The position numbers and the translations under genes are program-made. Positions 1 to 14,117 of a stretch of 64,000 nt of DNA are shown piece after piece (the first letter of the stretch is position 1; each line of letters starts with the position of its first letter). The stretch is from Mesotaenium endlicherianum (Eukaryota): NCBI GenBank assembly GCA_009602735.1, contig WELA01001736.1:228534-292533 (forward strand). The letters run 5' to 3'. The notes beneath the pieces were generated by a model that was not told where the DNA came from, did no database searches, and worked only from the letters and a program-made list of their open reading frames with translations.

Positions 1-81
1 CCTGCCTGCCCGCCTGCCCGCCCGCCCGCCCGCCTGTTTGCCTTCGGCTTGCACGTGGTACCTGCGCGCACACCCCTGCAG

Positions 82-227
82 ACGTACACGGGCAACATCC
101 TGATCGCGCTGAACCCGTTCACGCGGCTGCCCAGCCTGTACGCGGCGGCCATGAAGCGGCAGTACCGCGGCGCGCGCCTGGGCGAGCTCAGCCCCCACGT
201 GTTTGCCGTGGCCGACAACGCCTACAG
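82..227 (+). CDS. Single exon of a myosin XI motor domain (orphan within this window)
   Basis: The 146-nt exon runs cag|ACG TAC ACG ... TAC AG|gtgccc and encodes [20 protein letters not shown]...[15 protein letters not shown], the conserved myosin head segment before the P-loop. No downstream GESGAGKT exon was found in the window. Confidence 0.85.
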
Positions 228-1480
228 GTGCCCGCCCCCGCCCGCCCGCCCGCCCACCCGCCCACCCAACCCCACACTCCCCCCATTCCCTCTGCCCCCC
301 TCACTTGCCCGGCCACACGCCATGCTGCCCAGTTGTCAATGAGTGGCCGGGTGGGCCGACCGGCTGGTCAATCCACATCGCCTGCTGCCCGTTGCCCTTA
401 AGCTCAACCCCAAAACCCTAGACCGGAGCCCTCACTCGCTGTGATCAGCGTGGAAGCGCCATGATCAAGCGCTCTTAGTTTTGAGAAGCCCAGCCGGCCG
501 CACCCTGGGTCCCACGTTGGAGCAGGCCCCGCTTTCTGGAGCAAGCGCACTTGTTGTGCGCGCCCCCCCCTCCCCCCCACGGGGCTAGCTTGCTCTCCCT
601 CTCTTCCTCTCTCCCTCTATCCTTGCACTTCCCCCTCTCTTGTCCCGGAGGGGCCAAAAGGGCCCTCTTTCCCTGGGCGGGCTCACGTCCTTCTGGCTAG
701 TCCTCTTTCTCTCCCTCTCTCCCTCTCTCCCTCCCCTTCCCTCTCCCTCTATCTCCCCCCCTCCCTGCCTGGGCAAGCTGTCAAGCGTCGCCATCAGAGG
801 CCACGTGTTGGGTCAAGGTACTGCTGTGCTAAGGGGCTGAGGTGAGAGTGAGTGCGCTGCGCGTGCAAGTGCTTGACAAAGCGCAAACACCCCTGTCACC
901 GTCTCTCTCCACTCCTTGATGTGGCTTGTCTGATGCCACGTGTGTGCTGCATAGGGCCCGTGTGGCACCAGCCCATGAGGCTGCTTAAGGAGAAGCTGCC
1001 AGCTGGCCGTAGGATCACAAGACTCGCCCGAGAATCGCTCGCTCGCACTTCAGTCTGCACGCATGCAAGCACTCAGACACGCATGCACGCACACACAGAC
1101 ACACAAACACACGCACACGCAGAGACACGCACACACACGCGCGTGCACACACACACACACACACGCACGTACACGTGTACGCACGTGTTTACACGATGAA
1201 AACTTCTCCGTACACCCGTGCAACATGCTGTGCCTGTGCCCGTCCATGTTCCGTGGCGAGGAAGTGTCGTCGGCACATGCACGAGCGCGCAGGCCTGCAG
1301 GCTGGCCGTGTGCACGTGTGAACGAGCACCGCACAATTCCTTCCTGCACACGCGCACGCGCGTGCGGGATGGCCTGATGTGCATGTGTGCGTGCATGTGT
1401 GCATACGAGGAGAACACTCGAGTGTGCGTGCAAGCTCACTGTTAAAGGGCGGCCCCGGGCGCACGAATGTGCGCGCGCAG

Positions 1481-1915
1481 ATCTTTGGCGACAAGCACGG
1501 CAACGTGGTGCACCTGTTTGAGCGCGACTGCAGCGTGCAGCGCCGCCACCAGAAGGTCATCGAGGAGGCACCCGCCGTGAGTCCACAAGCGCACACCTTT
1601 GACAATGGCATTCCATTCCTCTCTTCTCTCCTCTTCCCTCTCATTCCTGCCCCTTGCCTCTCTCTGCCAGCTCCATCTCTCTCTTTGTCTTCCTCCCTTG
1701 CCCTTTCGCCTCTCCCCTCCCTCTCTGTCTCTCTGTCTCCCTCCTTTTGCTCCCCATTCTTTTGCAACTCTTCTCCCTCTTCCTGTCCCTCTCCCTCTCC
1801 CTCTCCTTCTCGGTTCCCCTCATCCTCTTTTTGTCTGCTGTTACTTGTCAACAGTGTGAACAAATGCTATCTTTCTACATTGTTGAGCTCCTGCCTATGC
1901 GCGCGGGCGTGCTCA

Positions 1916-1950
<35 letters not shown>

Positions 1951-4900
1951 GTGTGTATGTGTGCGTGTCTGCGTGTGTGCATGCACATTACTTGTCCTGC
2001 ATTGCCATGGTGGCAGCCGCTGGTGAGCGAGGAGTTTCGGCGGCGCATTGGAGAAGCAGCTGTCAACGCGGCCAAGGTACCCTCTCTCTGCCCCTGGGAG
2101 CCAAAGCACCTTGCGGTCGGGCCATCTCCCTCTCTACCTCTTAGTGCCTTGGAGGGTATGCTTGTCAGCTGCCAGCCTGGTTTCCTTGACGTATCGAAAG
2201 TCATAGTGGTTGTTCATCCTTTCTCAAGCACCTTGGCGTTGGAGGGCTGTCTGCTGGCTTTCTGTGTTCTGTGGTTGTGGCTGTGGCTACGACGCTTCCT
2301 GGGGGGTCTCTCCTTTTTCTCTTCTTTGCGCGCTGGCTGTTTCTCTTTCTGACGGGCTGCCCCTCTCTTGCCTGTTCCTCTCTTCCCCTCCCCCTTTCTC
2401 CCTTGTTTGTTTCCCCCTCCTCTCCTCTCTCACCCCCTCCTTTTCCTCCTCCTCCTCCCTCTCCTCCCTCTCCTCCGTCCTCCTTGTCCTCTTCCTCTTC
2501 CTCCTCCTCCTCCTTCCTCTTCTCCTTCAACCTCTCCCTCCCCTCCCCTCCCCACCTCTTCCCCCCCTCCCCTTCCCAACAGGCGGTGGGGTACGTGAGC
2601 GCGGGCACGGTGGAGTTCATCGTGGACGTGGACAGCGGCGCCTTCTTCTTCATGGAGATGAACACCCGCCTCCAGGTGGCTGTGCTTCCCAGTGCCAGCC
2701 AGCCAGCCCAGCCTCTCCTTAGCTCTCATTTGCATCGTCTCTTAGCGCCACTGCAGCGCCCCCTCTTGTTTTATGTGGATGTCGCGGCTCGCCACCATTC
2801 ACTCGCCCGTGCATGGGTACTCGACTGCCGTGGCTGCCTTGTCCTGTCCCACCGTACCTGGTCACCTGGTCCTATTGTGTTTGCTAGCACTCAAAACTCA
2901 AGCGAGCACGTGGGCGGGGACCCATGCGTCGGTCTTGCGCTTGTGCTTCTGGCGTCGCGACACGTTGGATCGGGGGGTGGTGTGCGCGTCCCGCTTGCCC
3001 GTGATCTCTCTGGCGGCTCCACGACGCGTGTGCTGCTGCGTCTGCTTGATTCCGCTCACCATAGCCCGTCTCCCTGCGGCCCCTTTCCCTCCTGACACCC
3101 ACGTACCTAGAGGGAACTGGGGGATCTTCACGTTGTTGTCTCCAACTTCTACATCCTCTTTAAACCCCCCCCCCCCTCCCTCCCTCCTCCTAGGGTGCTC
3201 TCTCTCCCCCTCCCCTTGTTTCCACTCCTCCAACAAGGACCACAAGAAAAAGTACGAATCAGCGTCCCCAGGGGACGGATGGAGCCGCAGCCAGCTGGAT
3301 TGCAACCGCCGGTCAAAAAGCCCCACTCCCCCCCGCATGCCACGGCCCTGCATGGACGGCTGCCCCACATAACAAGTGGCGGCCTGCCACGCCCCGACCC
3401 TGCGAACGGCCCCCCATTCTGGCTGGCTGACGAGTGACGATTGGCCGTGTGCGTGAGCCCGCGTGCGCACGCGTGTGGTGTCGTGTGCCCCTCGGCCGCC
3501 CTGTGCTGCGCATGCGCCAGGTGGAGCACCCGGTGACGGAAATGATAACGCGGCAGGACCTGGTGGAGTGGCAGCTGCGCGTGGCCGCAGGCGAGCGCCT
3601 GCCCCTGCTGCAGCCGCAGCTGCACATCCACGGTGTGTCTCTCTCGCTCCTCTCTGCCTGCGCGTACGGCCGTGCGTCTGTCCATCTGCACTCTGCCCGT
3701 TTGGCACCACCTGCTTGTCTCTCTGTCCTTACACTCACAATCCGATGCTCTTACCACTCTTCCTTCTGGCCCCACTCACGCCCGTCCGTCCGTACGTCCG
3801 CCCGTCGCTCGTGTCCGTCTGTTCTGCCATCTGTCTACTTTACCTGTCCTTATACCCATGGTTGTTCTGTTTCAATACATCCGCCTGTTTGTCGCTTTGT
3901 GCTTTTTTGGCCACTCTCCGTCTGTTGGGCTGTCTCTCCACAAATAGAGAACAAGAGAGGAGAGAGAGAGATGCACACCAGGCTGGGCCCAGCAGGTGTC
4001 ACAATTTCACATGTATGACTATAGAAGCCGACCTCCGCCAGCAAGCATGCCTGCAGCTTGACCTGGTCCCAAATGAGAGCGCGCCGCCCGGCCTGACGGA
4101 GGGCCAAGTGGCGTGCGTGTTCGCGCGTGTCGTGGCAGGGCATGCCTTTGAAGCGCGCGTGTACGCTGAGAACGTGCCACGTGGCTTCCTGCCAGCTGCC
4201 GGCCTCCTGCGCCGCTGCCGCCCGCCTACACCCTCGTCCACAGGTGAATACCCCTTCCCTGTTTGCCAGGTGTCCGACAAGCATTTCTCGGTATATCTCA
4301 CACTTATGACGCTTGCGTGCTCACCCCGCCCCCGTCCCCCTAAGGCATTGGCTATAATCGTATGCGTGGGAATATGAAATGGTGTTCATTGTCCCACACA
4401 CTTTCATATTAGGTTAGGGTTGAGGGTGTCAGGCTGTGATGTTGGGTTAGGGTTTTCAAGCTCTGCAATTTGTGGCCTGCACTCCATGGTCCACACTTGA
4501 TATTCTAATTCGGTCTTAGAATGGGAGTTGTTGGGCTTTGTTACAGTACAAGGGCAGCCGCAGACCTACGAGTCAACGTCTGGTTACCTTGACATCCTCC
4601 TCTCTGCGGGCATTTCCTACCTTCGTATGTGTGTATATGCGTGTGTGTGAGTACGTGTGCGTGTGCGTATGTGTGTGTGTGTGTTTTGGTGTACGCGCGC
4701 GCGTGTGTGTGCCACGTGGCGCAGTGAGAGTGGAGACAGGCGTGCAGGAGGGCGACGCGGTGAGCGTGCACTACGACCCCATGATCGCCAAGCTGGTGGT
4801 GTGGGGCCCACAGCGCGCCGCGGCCCTGGCCAAGCTGCACAGCTGTCTGGCCGACTACCAGGTGCGTACGGGCGGGGTGGGAGTGCCCTGCTCAGGGTTC

Positions 4901-7900
4901 GGGTTTAGGAATACCTGACGTGGGGCTGATGAGTTTCTCAAAGCCTGACCTTATTGATCTCTGACTTTGGCCTGGAGCTTGACCTCCCAAGCCATGATGG
5001 CCATCTCTGCAAGGAGGCTGGATGGGGCTGGCCCAATTCTCCTAGCTTTGAGTGTTGGAGTCTCAGCCCTCAGCTTTGTTCCTGAGTCCCGCAAACCTGC
5101 AGGGGCCCAGAACATAACGCTCTCATTACTCTCTCTGAAGGTATAGATACAAAAAGTCATAGACCTTAGACCCCTGCGAAATTCTCTTTCTTGTCTTGTC
5201 TTCCCACCTCCATTCTCTCGAGTTATAGGATTGTGGTGGCATCGTCTGACACGCCGCACCTGGCTCGCCGCAGCGGCGCTCCCTCTCCGTCCTCCCGGGG
5301 AGTAGCTGAGAGTAAAACTTCTGCTTCTTGCGTTTTTGTATTCGACGTCTCCCGTCTACCTCTCCGTGTGCAACAGGTGGCGGGCGTCCCCACAAACATC
5401 CCCTTCCTGAAGGCGCTTGCCGCCCACCCCGCGTTTGTGGCCGCTGACGTGGACACCCACTTCATTGCACGCTTCCACTCGGACCTCATCCCGGCGCCGC
5501 CAGCTGGCAAAGAGGCCGAGGGCGAGGGGGGGCAGGTGGGAGAGGACGGGGCTTTGGGGGTGCGACAGGTAGCACTGCTGGAAGAGGAGCGCAAGGCGTC
5601 TCTGGCGGCCACTGTGGCTGCAGCGGGCATCTGCACGCAGGACAGGTGGCGCGCCCAGAGCGAGGGCTTGTCAGGTACGGGGTGTCGCGCGCCAGAGATC
5701 TCTGTCTCTCTCTCTCTCCTTATATATATGCGTATGTGCAAGAGCACGTGTATTGGTCACATGCACGCGTGCATGCATATAGTGGGCTTGTGTGTGTGTG
5801 CGTGCGCTTGCAGATGCATTTGAGCGCGTACGCGCGTGTGCAGTTGCATGCGCATGTCTGCGTGCGCCTGCGTAATCATCACACAGTGGTTCATGGTTTC
5901 ATCTGCGAGACTGCGACTGAAAGTTTGGGTAAGTGAGGTGGAGGTGCGGGCCCCTCTCACAGACAGAGTGACTGCCAAACTTTGAGCGGGAGAAAGAAAG
6001 GGTGAGAAGGTGAAAGGGTGAGAGGGTAATGTGCACGCGTGCGCACACACACACACACACAGACACACAAACACAATGTGCTCTCAACGACACACACTCT
6101 TTCCAAGCAACGTGCTCGTTGTGCCCCTTGATGCTGACTTGGCGGCTCATTTGTGGCGCTGTCACTGCCACGTGGCGGGCTGTGGGCAGGCCTTGCGAGT
6201 GTGTGGTCCTCGGGCTCTGGCTTTCGGCTCAACCACCTCCACTGCCGCCCGCTGACTTTTGCGACGGCCAACGAGGCGGCAACGGCTGACTCAGCTCTTC
6301 CCATCAGCGAGCTGGCGGTGACCTATTCCCGCGACGGCTCCTTTCAAGTAGCACCAGCTGTATGTTTCTCTTTTCCTCTTCAAATCTGCCCCCTTCTGCT
6401 TTTGAATGACGCTCTTCTGCTTTTCAAGCCGCCGGCTATGGCTGCCGAGCTTGACATCTGCACATATACATATGTATATGTGTTTTACATATATATCTTC
6501 ACATGTATATACATATATAAACATATGTACATAAGTATACACATATATAAAGATATGTACATGTGTAAACATATACGTAATGTCTATGTATATGAATACA
6601 TATATACGTGTATGCATACTATTTATATGTATATATACATATGTAAGTAAGCTATTGAAGCTTGATGTGAGCCTATTCTACGCACAAAGTATGTCCGATT
6701 TTCTTCTTCTCTGCAGCAGCAGGTCTCCTCTCAGATGGCAGGCTCCCCCTCCAAGAGGGGGGGGCTGCTGCTGTGCGCTCTCCAGCACTCCACGCCCGCT
6801 CCCAATAAACCCAAACTCCTCTCTTTCCTCACCTTGACGCGACCCCTGCAAAGGCGTGCGATATGTGAGACGGGCCTGCGTTGCAAGTGCTAGGGGGGGC
6901 TTCGTACGGGGGGATTCACGCGTGCTCTACAAGCTCGCTCCAATCTTACCCGCACTGCGGGCTCCCTCCTAGTCTGGCCCATCTCGCCAGCCTTGCCCTG
7001 GACTCTCATTAACCCCAAAGCAAGACTCTCGCGTTTGTTCTGACGTCTAAAACCCGGAACCCCGAACCTTAAGCTTGAAAACAGAACCCAAGAAGCGCAA
7101 TGTTGGGGGAGAAGCTCGGAGGGTGAGAGTGGAAGCCATGATTGCTGTCTTTGCCTTGCAAAGCGGAGCAGATTCCAAAATTTTGAGGTGGAGCTCCTCT
7201 CTCTCTTCCATGGCACTTGCACGGGGCTGCCGCAGAGGGGCCGGAAATGGCTCCACGTCAGGGCGTGCGTGCGCGCATTCTCCCTTTCATGACGTCCGCT
7301 GTACCATTGTTTGTGGCAAAATAGAGGAGGACACTGAACGTTGTGCGTCAAGGAGGAACATTCCGGAGACGTGTGCACGCCGCAGCAGCGATACGCGCAC
7401 AACCTTTTGCATAGAGAGTTCACTTGTGGCGTCACCGGTGACGTTGACAACGTTGATGGTGAGGGCTGCTGATGGCGTCGGTGGGCTTTGGGCCTAAGGC
7501 AGCCGCTCCCTCAGGGTGCAGCAGCAGACTTGCGACCCTTTCCCCCTCCAGCTCTCCGTAAAGACGTAAAAAATTACACACCTGGAAGAGTGGCTGACTC
7601 GGCATCTGCTCCGCTCTGCTGACCTGGGGGCTGTGCTTGCGTGCGCAGACTTATCAGGGCGGCGGCGCAAGCTCCCCGCTGCAGGTCTCTGCCGAGGTGG
7701 CGGGGCCGCCAGATGGCGGAGATATGACGGTGCAGGTGGACGGCGTCAGGTCCCCCGCCTCTCTCTGTCAATACACCCAGGTAGATTCTACTGCACCCAG
7801 ATATTATAACTATCAAAATTAAAATTCAATTCGGAGCCTGACAGTACGTGACCTTTTGTGGGGTGGGCCTTGGTGGCTCCTACTGTTGCCACATGGCGTG

Positions 7901-10821
7901 GTTGGGAAGTGCTTATATGGAATAAGAATGTTGACAGGTTTGATCCCAGCTGACGCTGGCGCTGATAGAGCTGCCAGGTGGCGAGTGCTCGCTTCCTTGC
8001 GCATAAAACTTTATTGGAAACGAGATCAACAGCTGTCTACACGACTCCCCTTCTTGCACATTTGTTTGCTCGTCTGTGCTGAAAATGCTGGGAGCCATTC
8101 AGACAGCTGTCCCGGCCATCCAGGTGGCGCTTCAGGAGGGTAGAGAGAAAGAGGATAATTTGCAGAGAAGAAGTTTGAGAGCAATTCTCTTTAGCACCAC
8201 CGATGTCTCAAAAACTGCGGCGCGCGCAGGGCTGGCATGGCAGGTGTAGTTCTGACAGCTGTCCTCCTGTTATCGGCGCATTGCTGGCACGCAGGGGGCC
8301 CTCCAGCACACGCACCTGTGGCTGCACGGGGACCACCACCACTTCACGAGCGTGCTCCCTCAGTACCCTGCTGATGCGGCGGAGCACCACCACGGCCACA
8401 GCGGCGGTGGGGACCACTCAGCGAGGGGCCAGGTGGCGGCGGCAGGCAAGGGCAGCGTGCTGACGCCGATGGCCGGCCGAGTGGTGAAGGTGGTGGCTGC
8501 CACGGGGCAGCCTGTGAGGCGCGGCGACCCTGTGGTGGTCCTGGAGGCCATGAAAATGGAGGTGCGTGATGATTGCTGCACGCTTGCTGCTCGCCGATTG
8601 CCACTCACCGTTTACCGCTCACCGCTCGCCGCTCGCCGCTTGCCTCATGCTGCTTTGTTGCTTGCCGCTTGCCACTTGCCGCTTGTCGCTTGCCGTTTTC
8701 CGCTCGCCGCTCGCCGCTATCCATGATGATGATGCGCTCTGCACGTACGTCGGCTGCTGCAGCCTGCTGTCTTGGCGCCTGGCGCTCCTTGCAGTATGCA
8801 CAACGGTATGCGGGCGGCTGCTTGGCATGTGTGCCTGCTGTTTTTCCTGTCGATGCCCAGCTTCTCCTCGCCCTCTCTGGCTCAATCCTCCTTGAAGAGC
8901 TAGGCCCTTTGCATCAGGCTGTCGAATGAAAGTGAGTGTTTGGTTGAAACTTTTAGGGGTAGAGTTAGGGTCAGACGAAAGTATTAGAGTTTTTTTTATC
9001 GCGGATGCCTTCAGGCTGCTACGTCAGGCCTGCTAAGAAGTTTGGTGGCATTCAGGCTCTCAAACTTTAGATTGCTTCTGGGCTCTGCCTGCGGGCTGAG
9101 AAGCCGACTGAAGGCCGTTGCCTTTGTGGCGTCACATCGCGTGTAAAAGAGCACTGCGCCTGCCGCAGCTTGCTCCCCACTGAGCTTTGTTGTGAGGTTT
9201 CAAGCAGCCCAGGAGGGAGGGGACGGGAGAGGAGGGGAGGGGAGGGTNNNNNNNNNNNNNNNNNNNNNNNNNNNNNNNNNNNNNNNNNNNNNNNNNNNNN
9301 NNNNNNNNNNNNNNNNNNNNNNNNNNNNNNNNNNNNNNNNNNNNNNNNNNNNNNNNNNNNNNNNNNNNNNNNNNNNNNNNNNNNNNNNNNNNNNNNNNNN
9401 NNNNNNNNNNNNNNNNNNNNNNNNNNNNNNNNNNNNNNNNNNNNNNNNNNNNNNNNNNNNNNNNNNNNNNNNNNNNNNNNNNNNNNNNNNNNNNNNNNNN
9501 NNNNNNNNNNNNNNNNNNNNNNNNNNNNNNNNNNNNNNNNNNNNNNNNNNNNNNNNNNNNNNNNNNNNNNNNNNNNNNNNNNNNNNNNNNNNNNNNNNNN
9601 NNNNNNNNNNNNNNNNNNNNNNNNNNNNNNNNNNNNNNNNNNNNNNNNNNNNNNNNNNNNNNNNNNNNNNNNNNNNNNNNNNNNNNNNNNNNNNNNNNNN
9701 NNNNNNNNNNNNNNNNNNNNNNNNNNNNNNNNNNNNNNNNNNNNNNNNNNNNNNNNNNNNNNNNNNNNNNNNNNNNNNNNNNNNNNNNNNNNNNNNNNNN
9801 NNNNNNNNNNNNNNNNNNNNNNNNNNNNNNNNNNNNNNNNNNNNNNNNNNNNNNNNNNNNNNNNNNNNNNNNNNNGAGGAGGGGAGGGGAGGGTGGGGGG
9901 GGGGGGTGTGTTGAATGTGCATATTTCAACTATGTGTGCCTGGTAACAATCTTCTGCTTTTTTTTTGTTATTTGACCCACCTGCGTCCTGGATGCACATA
10001 TGCATCGCAGACACATGGGCGCTGCGCGAGCGCAGCCGGCGCGCACCAGAGATCAAGGGCCTGGGTGGGTGCGTGCGTGCGCGCGTGTGAGAGAGGCTGA
10101 GCTATGTGCGTTGAAAACTTGAAAATGGGCCTCTCCCTGCGATTGGACAGATGAGAGAAATCTAAGGCCGTGGCGTTTGTGTACTCTTTTCTCTCTGTTT
10201 TCCTTGTGGTCCCCACCGCTCGGGGCTTCCAGCACGTGGTCACGGCGCCAACAGCTGGCGTCGTTGCTGACCTGGCAGTGGCCGCCGGCCAACAAGTGGC
10301 GGACGGTTCTGTTTTGTTCCGTATTCAGGTGGGACTCCTCTGACCGGCATTGACCCTGGAGCCTGGACTAGCCTTGACCTGCCTTTGACCCCTTGACCCA
10401 CCTTTGACCTGCCTTGCCCCGCCGCGACTTGCGTCTGTTTTCTCAAAGCACAAGGCCCGCCACGCTGGGCTGCGGTGGCCCGTGATGTGTATTTGGGTGG
10501 CCTAAGAAGAAAAATATGTTGCTAGTTCTGCTCTGCCAAGAGCAAGAGCTCCTCAAGGAGTGGAGCATTTTTTTGCGCTAGTGATGTTGAGCAATAGTTG
10601 GCTTCAGGATTGTTGATTTGCTATCTCTTAGAGAGGAGGGGGCCGGCGGCAAGGATTATTGGGGGATGCTTTGTTCCTTGCTAAATGCTCTGAGAGCTCT
10701 TCTCAAGGTTGACACGTGCTGACAACAGTGTCTCCTCATCGTTTGATTTTCCTTACACTACTCTCAGCAGGCTGCAGAATCCTCCCAAGATCCTGGGAAG
10801 CCCTCGGCGAAGACTGGGTGA
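1481..10821 (+). CDS. MCCA: 3-methylcrotonyl-CoA carboxylase alpha (biotin) subunit, 5'-partial, 12 exons
   Basis: Exons: 1481-1576, 2017-2076, 2583-2675, 3521-3632, 4139-4243, 4725-4861, 5377-5674, 6190-6359, 7649-7780, 8295-8561, 10233-10328 and probably 10771-10821 (alternatively read-through to a stop at 10343). All are GT-AG and in phase. Motifs: [55 protein letters not shown] and the biotinylation site EAMKME. Confidence 0.92.
9248..9875. other. Assembly gap (N run). Other gaps: 13930-14054, 17223-17252, 18266-18507, 30706-30788, 55133-55170, 57593-57907
   Basis: Runs of N, generally flanked by G/C- or GA-rich low-complexity sequence. Confidence 1.
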
Positions 10822-13800
10822 TGGGTTGCTACTGCATCTCGTGTAAATAGTGCAACGTTTCTTACTGCTATAGGCCTTGGGCTCTTGAGCTTTTGAGCCC
10901 TTGTGCTTATTATGTATGTATCTAGTGGTGTAAATATGCGCTCTTGTTGCTGCTGTTGTGTGTAGAGGCAGAGGCAGGGTTGTTTTAGCTTTTTTCTTTG
11001 AAGTAAGCGCACAGGTAGGCCAGTGCCCCATCTTGCGCTGCAAGTGCATGATATGAAGGCTTTTTTTTTGGGTTGTAATCAAGCTGCGCTAGCATATTGA
11101 TATCATCGGGACTTTGACATAGCTCTCAAGAGTAGTTAGCGATTTAGTCAACTTGCCAGTTATTTGCCAAGGCACATAGTACGGACGGTCTGGATTAGAG
11201 CAAAGAAAGATCCAGCACTGAGAAGGAAAGCAGCTCTCATCTCGTAGAGAAAGCACCTGCCGCCACCTGTTGCGGAGGCCGTGCACAGGCAGCCACTGGA
11301 TAACTATAATGTGTCCAACTGTATGATCCCAACACCTGGCCAACTCTAGTTGATTGCATGGGCACATGCGTGTGTATATGATGCTATGCATGCGCACCCA
11401 TACTAATTGTTGGCGTGGATCTCGCTTGGATGAACTGAGCCTGCTCCTACATGATAGTTGCATGCCAAGATGGATGTCTTGCAGACATGTGATGTTGTGA
11501 TGATGAACAGACTTACGAGAGCTTAACATTCGACAAGACAATCACATGCCGTGCAATATATGTATGCCATTCCATGCTATCACGTACATGTACTTGTCAA
11601 AAGTCTATCTTGAAAAATACCTCAAGCTGCAATCTTCTCTGCACTAGCTGGAGGATCAGGTCTGAGGAGACAACTCATTGAAGTGGAACTAGCAGCAGAC
11701 TTAGAAGCAAAATGTCTCCTCGATTAACTTAGCATGTCACAGAAAGTCATTGCAGCGCAGCACTACAGAGTGCTGCAAGAGTCCTACTCACCCTCCCTTA
11801 GGACAAGACACCGAGGCATTAAAAATCATCAAGACAGCAGCATAGGAGTACAATAAGCTAAGGAACAGCTAAGATATGATACTTAAAAATGCATTAGAAT
11901 ATTTTCCTTTTAGGCAGATTATTCTACAGACTAAACAGCAAGATTAGATTAGTCTAGCATAGGATAAAGGTCTAGAGGTCAGGACCACTGGCCTAGTCCA
12001 CGCGCGCATACTCGAAGCACTTGCATATTATGCCTTTTGATTCACACCTGCATGATGATGTATGAAACGCAGCAAACTCGTTGCATATTTGAGCCAAAAC
12101 TTGCAGATGTTTGCAACCGTTTAAGAAGCTATGTGCAGCAATCTCATGTTGCCAGACGTATCTGAGCTTGTGTGCCCCATGTGCACGTCTGTTGAGAGCT
12201 GGACACTTCGAGGCCCCACAGCCAAACTTGCAATGCTCCTCGAAGCAACTAGCGTATCATTCACAGAGTGCATGCTTCATGCATACAAGTGCAATAAGCA
12301 ACAAACCGGGAGTCTCCAACAAGCGCAACTTGCAACAAGCTCTTGGGACCCTGGGAACGACTCGAATGCTCGTCAAGTCATGAAACAGAGCCCACTTTGT
12401 CCTTGTTGTCCCACACTATTATACTACTTAGATGTTGAAGGTGTGCAAACCACATCAAACAATCTGCCTATTTGCACCCAAGTGTGAATATCTCTGCCCT
12501 AAGAATCTTAGAAGCTCCTTTGCGCTCTCCAGAGGCGTCTGCCAGAGCCCAAAAAGTCCAACCTTTATTGGACAATATTCTCTCTAAGACGTTCGCACAC
12601 GCGCTCCAGGGGCGCGAATGTGGGTGCCATCCTAGCTGGATATTAAAAATGGACCTGGAATGTATGAAGCCTACTCCTGCTCTTCTTGTCCTACTGCCTC
12701 CCGCCTGCAACTGCCTGTCTCTTCTTCTGCAATAAAATCAAATTCCTTGCAACCACCTCTACTGATCCTAGCTAGCTCTGATGCCCTATGCGGGAATGCG
12801 TGAGAGAGCAGAGTGAAGACGCTACCGATGGAGGGAGAATTTGGGAGGCAACAAGGAAGAGGGAGACAGACGGGGAGGAGCAAGGCGATGCGAGTGCAAG
12901 AGCAAGGGGGGCGGCCGGAATATGAAGGAAAGGAAGCGACACCAAAAAAAAGCCAACGAAGCCGCTTCAGATACTTCACCATAGATAAAGACAATGTCTC
13001 ACTTGCTCCCCCGGTTCTCCCTCTCCCCCTCTCTTTCTCTCCCCGAGCTCCACGAGCTGAGTCGTGCTGCGAAAGCGCGGCCGCTCCAGGTTACAAAGAA
13101 AGCAGCGGCAGGCAGAGGAGAGGAAAGCAGCACCTGCTGCTGCCAGAGCCTGTGAGAGAGACAAAGCCAAAGGGTGTGGCTCGAGCTCGGCACCCATATG
13201 GGCTCCATATCACCCTCCGGCTCTGGCTCCTGCTGCAGCTCCTCCACTGTCTACGGCTCTGGCTCCTCCAACTCTGGCTCCGGCTTTGGCCCTGGCTCCG
13301 GCTGCAGCTCATCTATGGGCTCTGGCCCCAAGTCTGGCTCCAGACCCGGCTCGTTGCTTTGGATCAATAAGCAGCCAGTCCCGTGCTTTCTTCCACGCAC
13401 GGCTCATCATGTACTCGAGGGAGACCGTTCTGAGCTCGGCCCTCCGCTGTGGACTCACTCTGCATGGCAGCAGCCCCACCCTCCGTCCTGTGACCCCTGT
13501 CTCCTGTCCTCAGCACCGCACGTCTGGACCCTGTAGCTCCCCCCACTCGGCTTGCCCCCCCTCTCGTCCCCCTTCCGGTTGCTGCTGGTGCTGATAGAGC
13601 GCCGAGGCGGGCTCAATTTCAGGGGCGCGCATGGGGCCGGTGGGGCCGGGCAGGGTGAAAATTGCTTTAGGAAGTAGATGGTGCGTATTCAGCAAAGCCT
13701 CCCCCTCAGCGATGAAAAAGAGGCGTGGTTGGTCCGTCGGATGGTGCGGATCGCACGAGCTGAAGGGCTCCACACACCCCTTGTGACAGCAAAAGGTGTG

Positions 13801-14117
13801 GTGGGGCCAGGGACTAGGGTTAGGAAAAAATGGGGCGGGCTCGACAGCAACGACTCTCCCCAGGAACGGAATGGGAAAAGGTGGAGGCGCGGATGAGGGG
13901 GGTAAGGTCGGTTTTTTTTTTTTTGAAAGNNNNNNNNNNNNNNNNNNNNNNNNNNNNNNNNNNNNNNNNNNNNNNNNNNNNNNNNNNNNNNNNNNNNNNN
14001 NNNNNNNNNNNNNNNNNNNNNNNNNNNNNNNNNNNNNNNNNNNNNNNNNNNNNNGGCTGGTGGCTCGGGAGGGCGGGGGTGGGGGACGAGGGGCGGGGGC
14101 GGGCAGCTGCGGGCGGC

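Noticed and set aside
82..1576. Myosin-MCCA fusion protein
   Set aside because: The exon phases are incompatible (2 versus 0) and no bridging exon was found.
9067..10056. Long ORFs spanning N runs (also 17601-18674 and 57403-58017)
   Set aside because: They are open only because Ns contain no stop codons.
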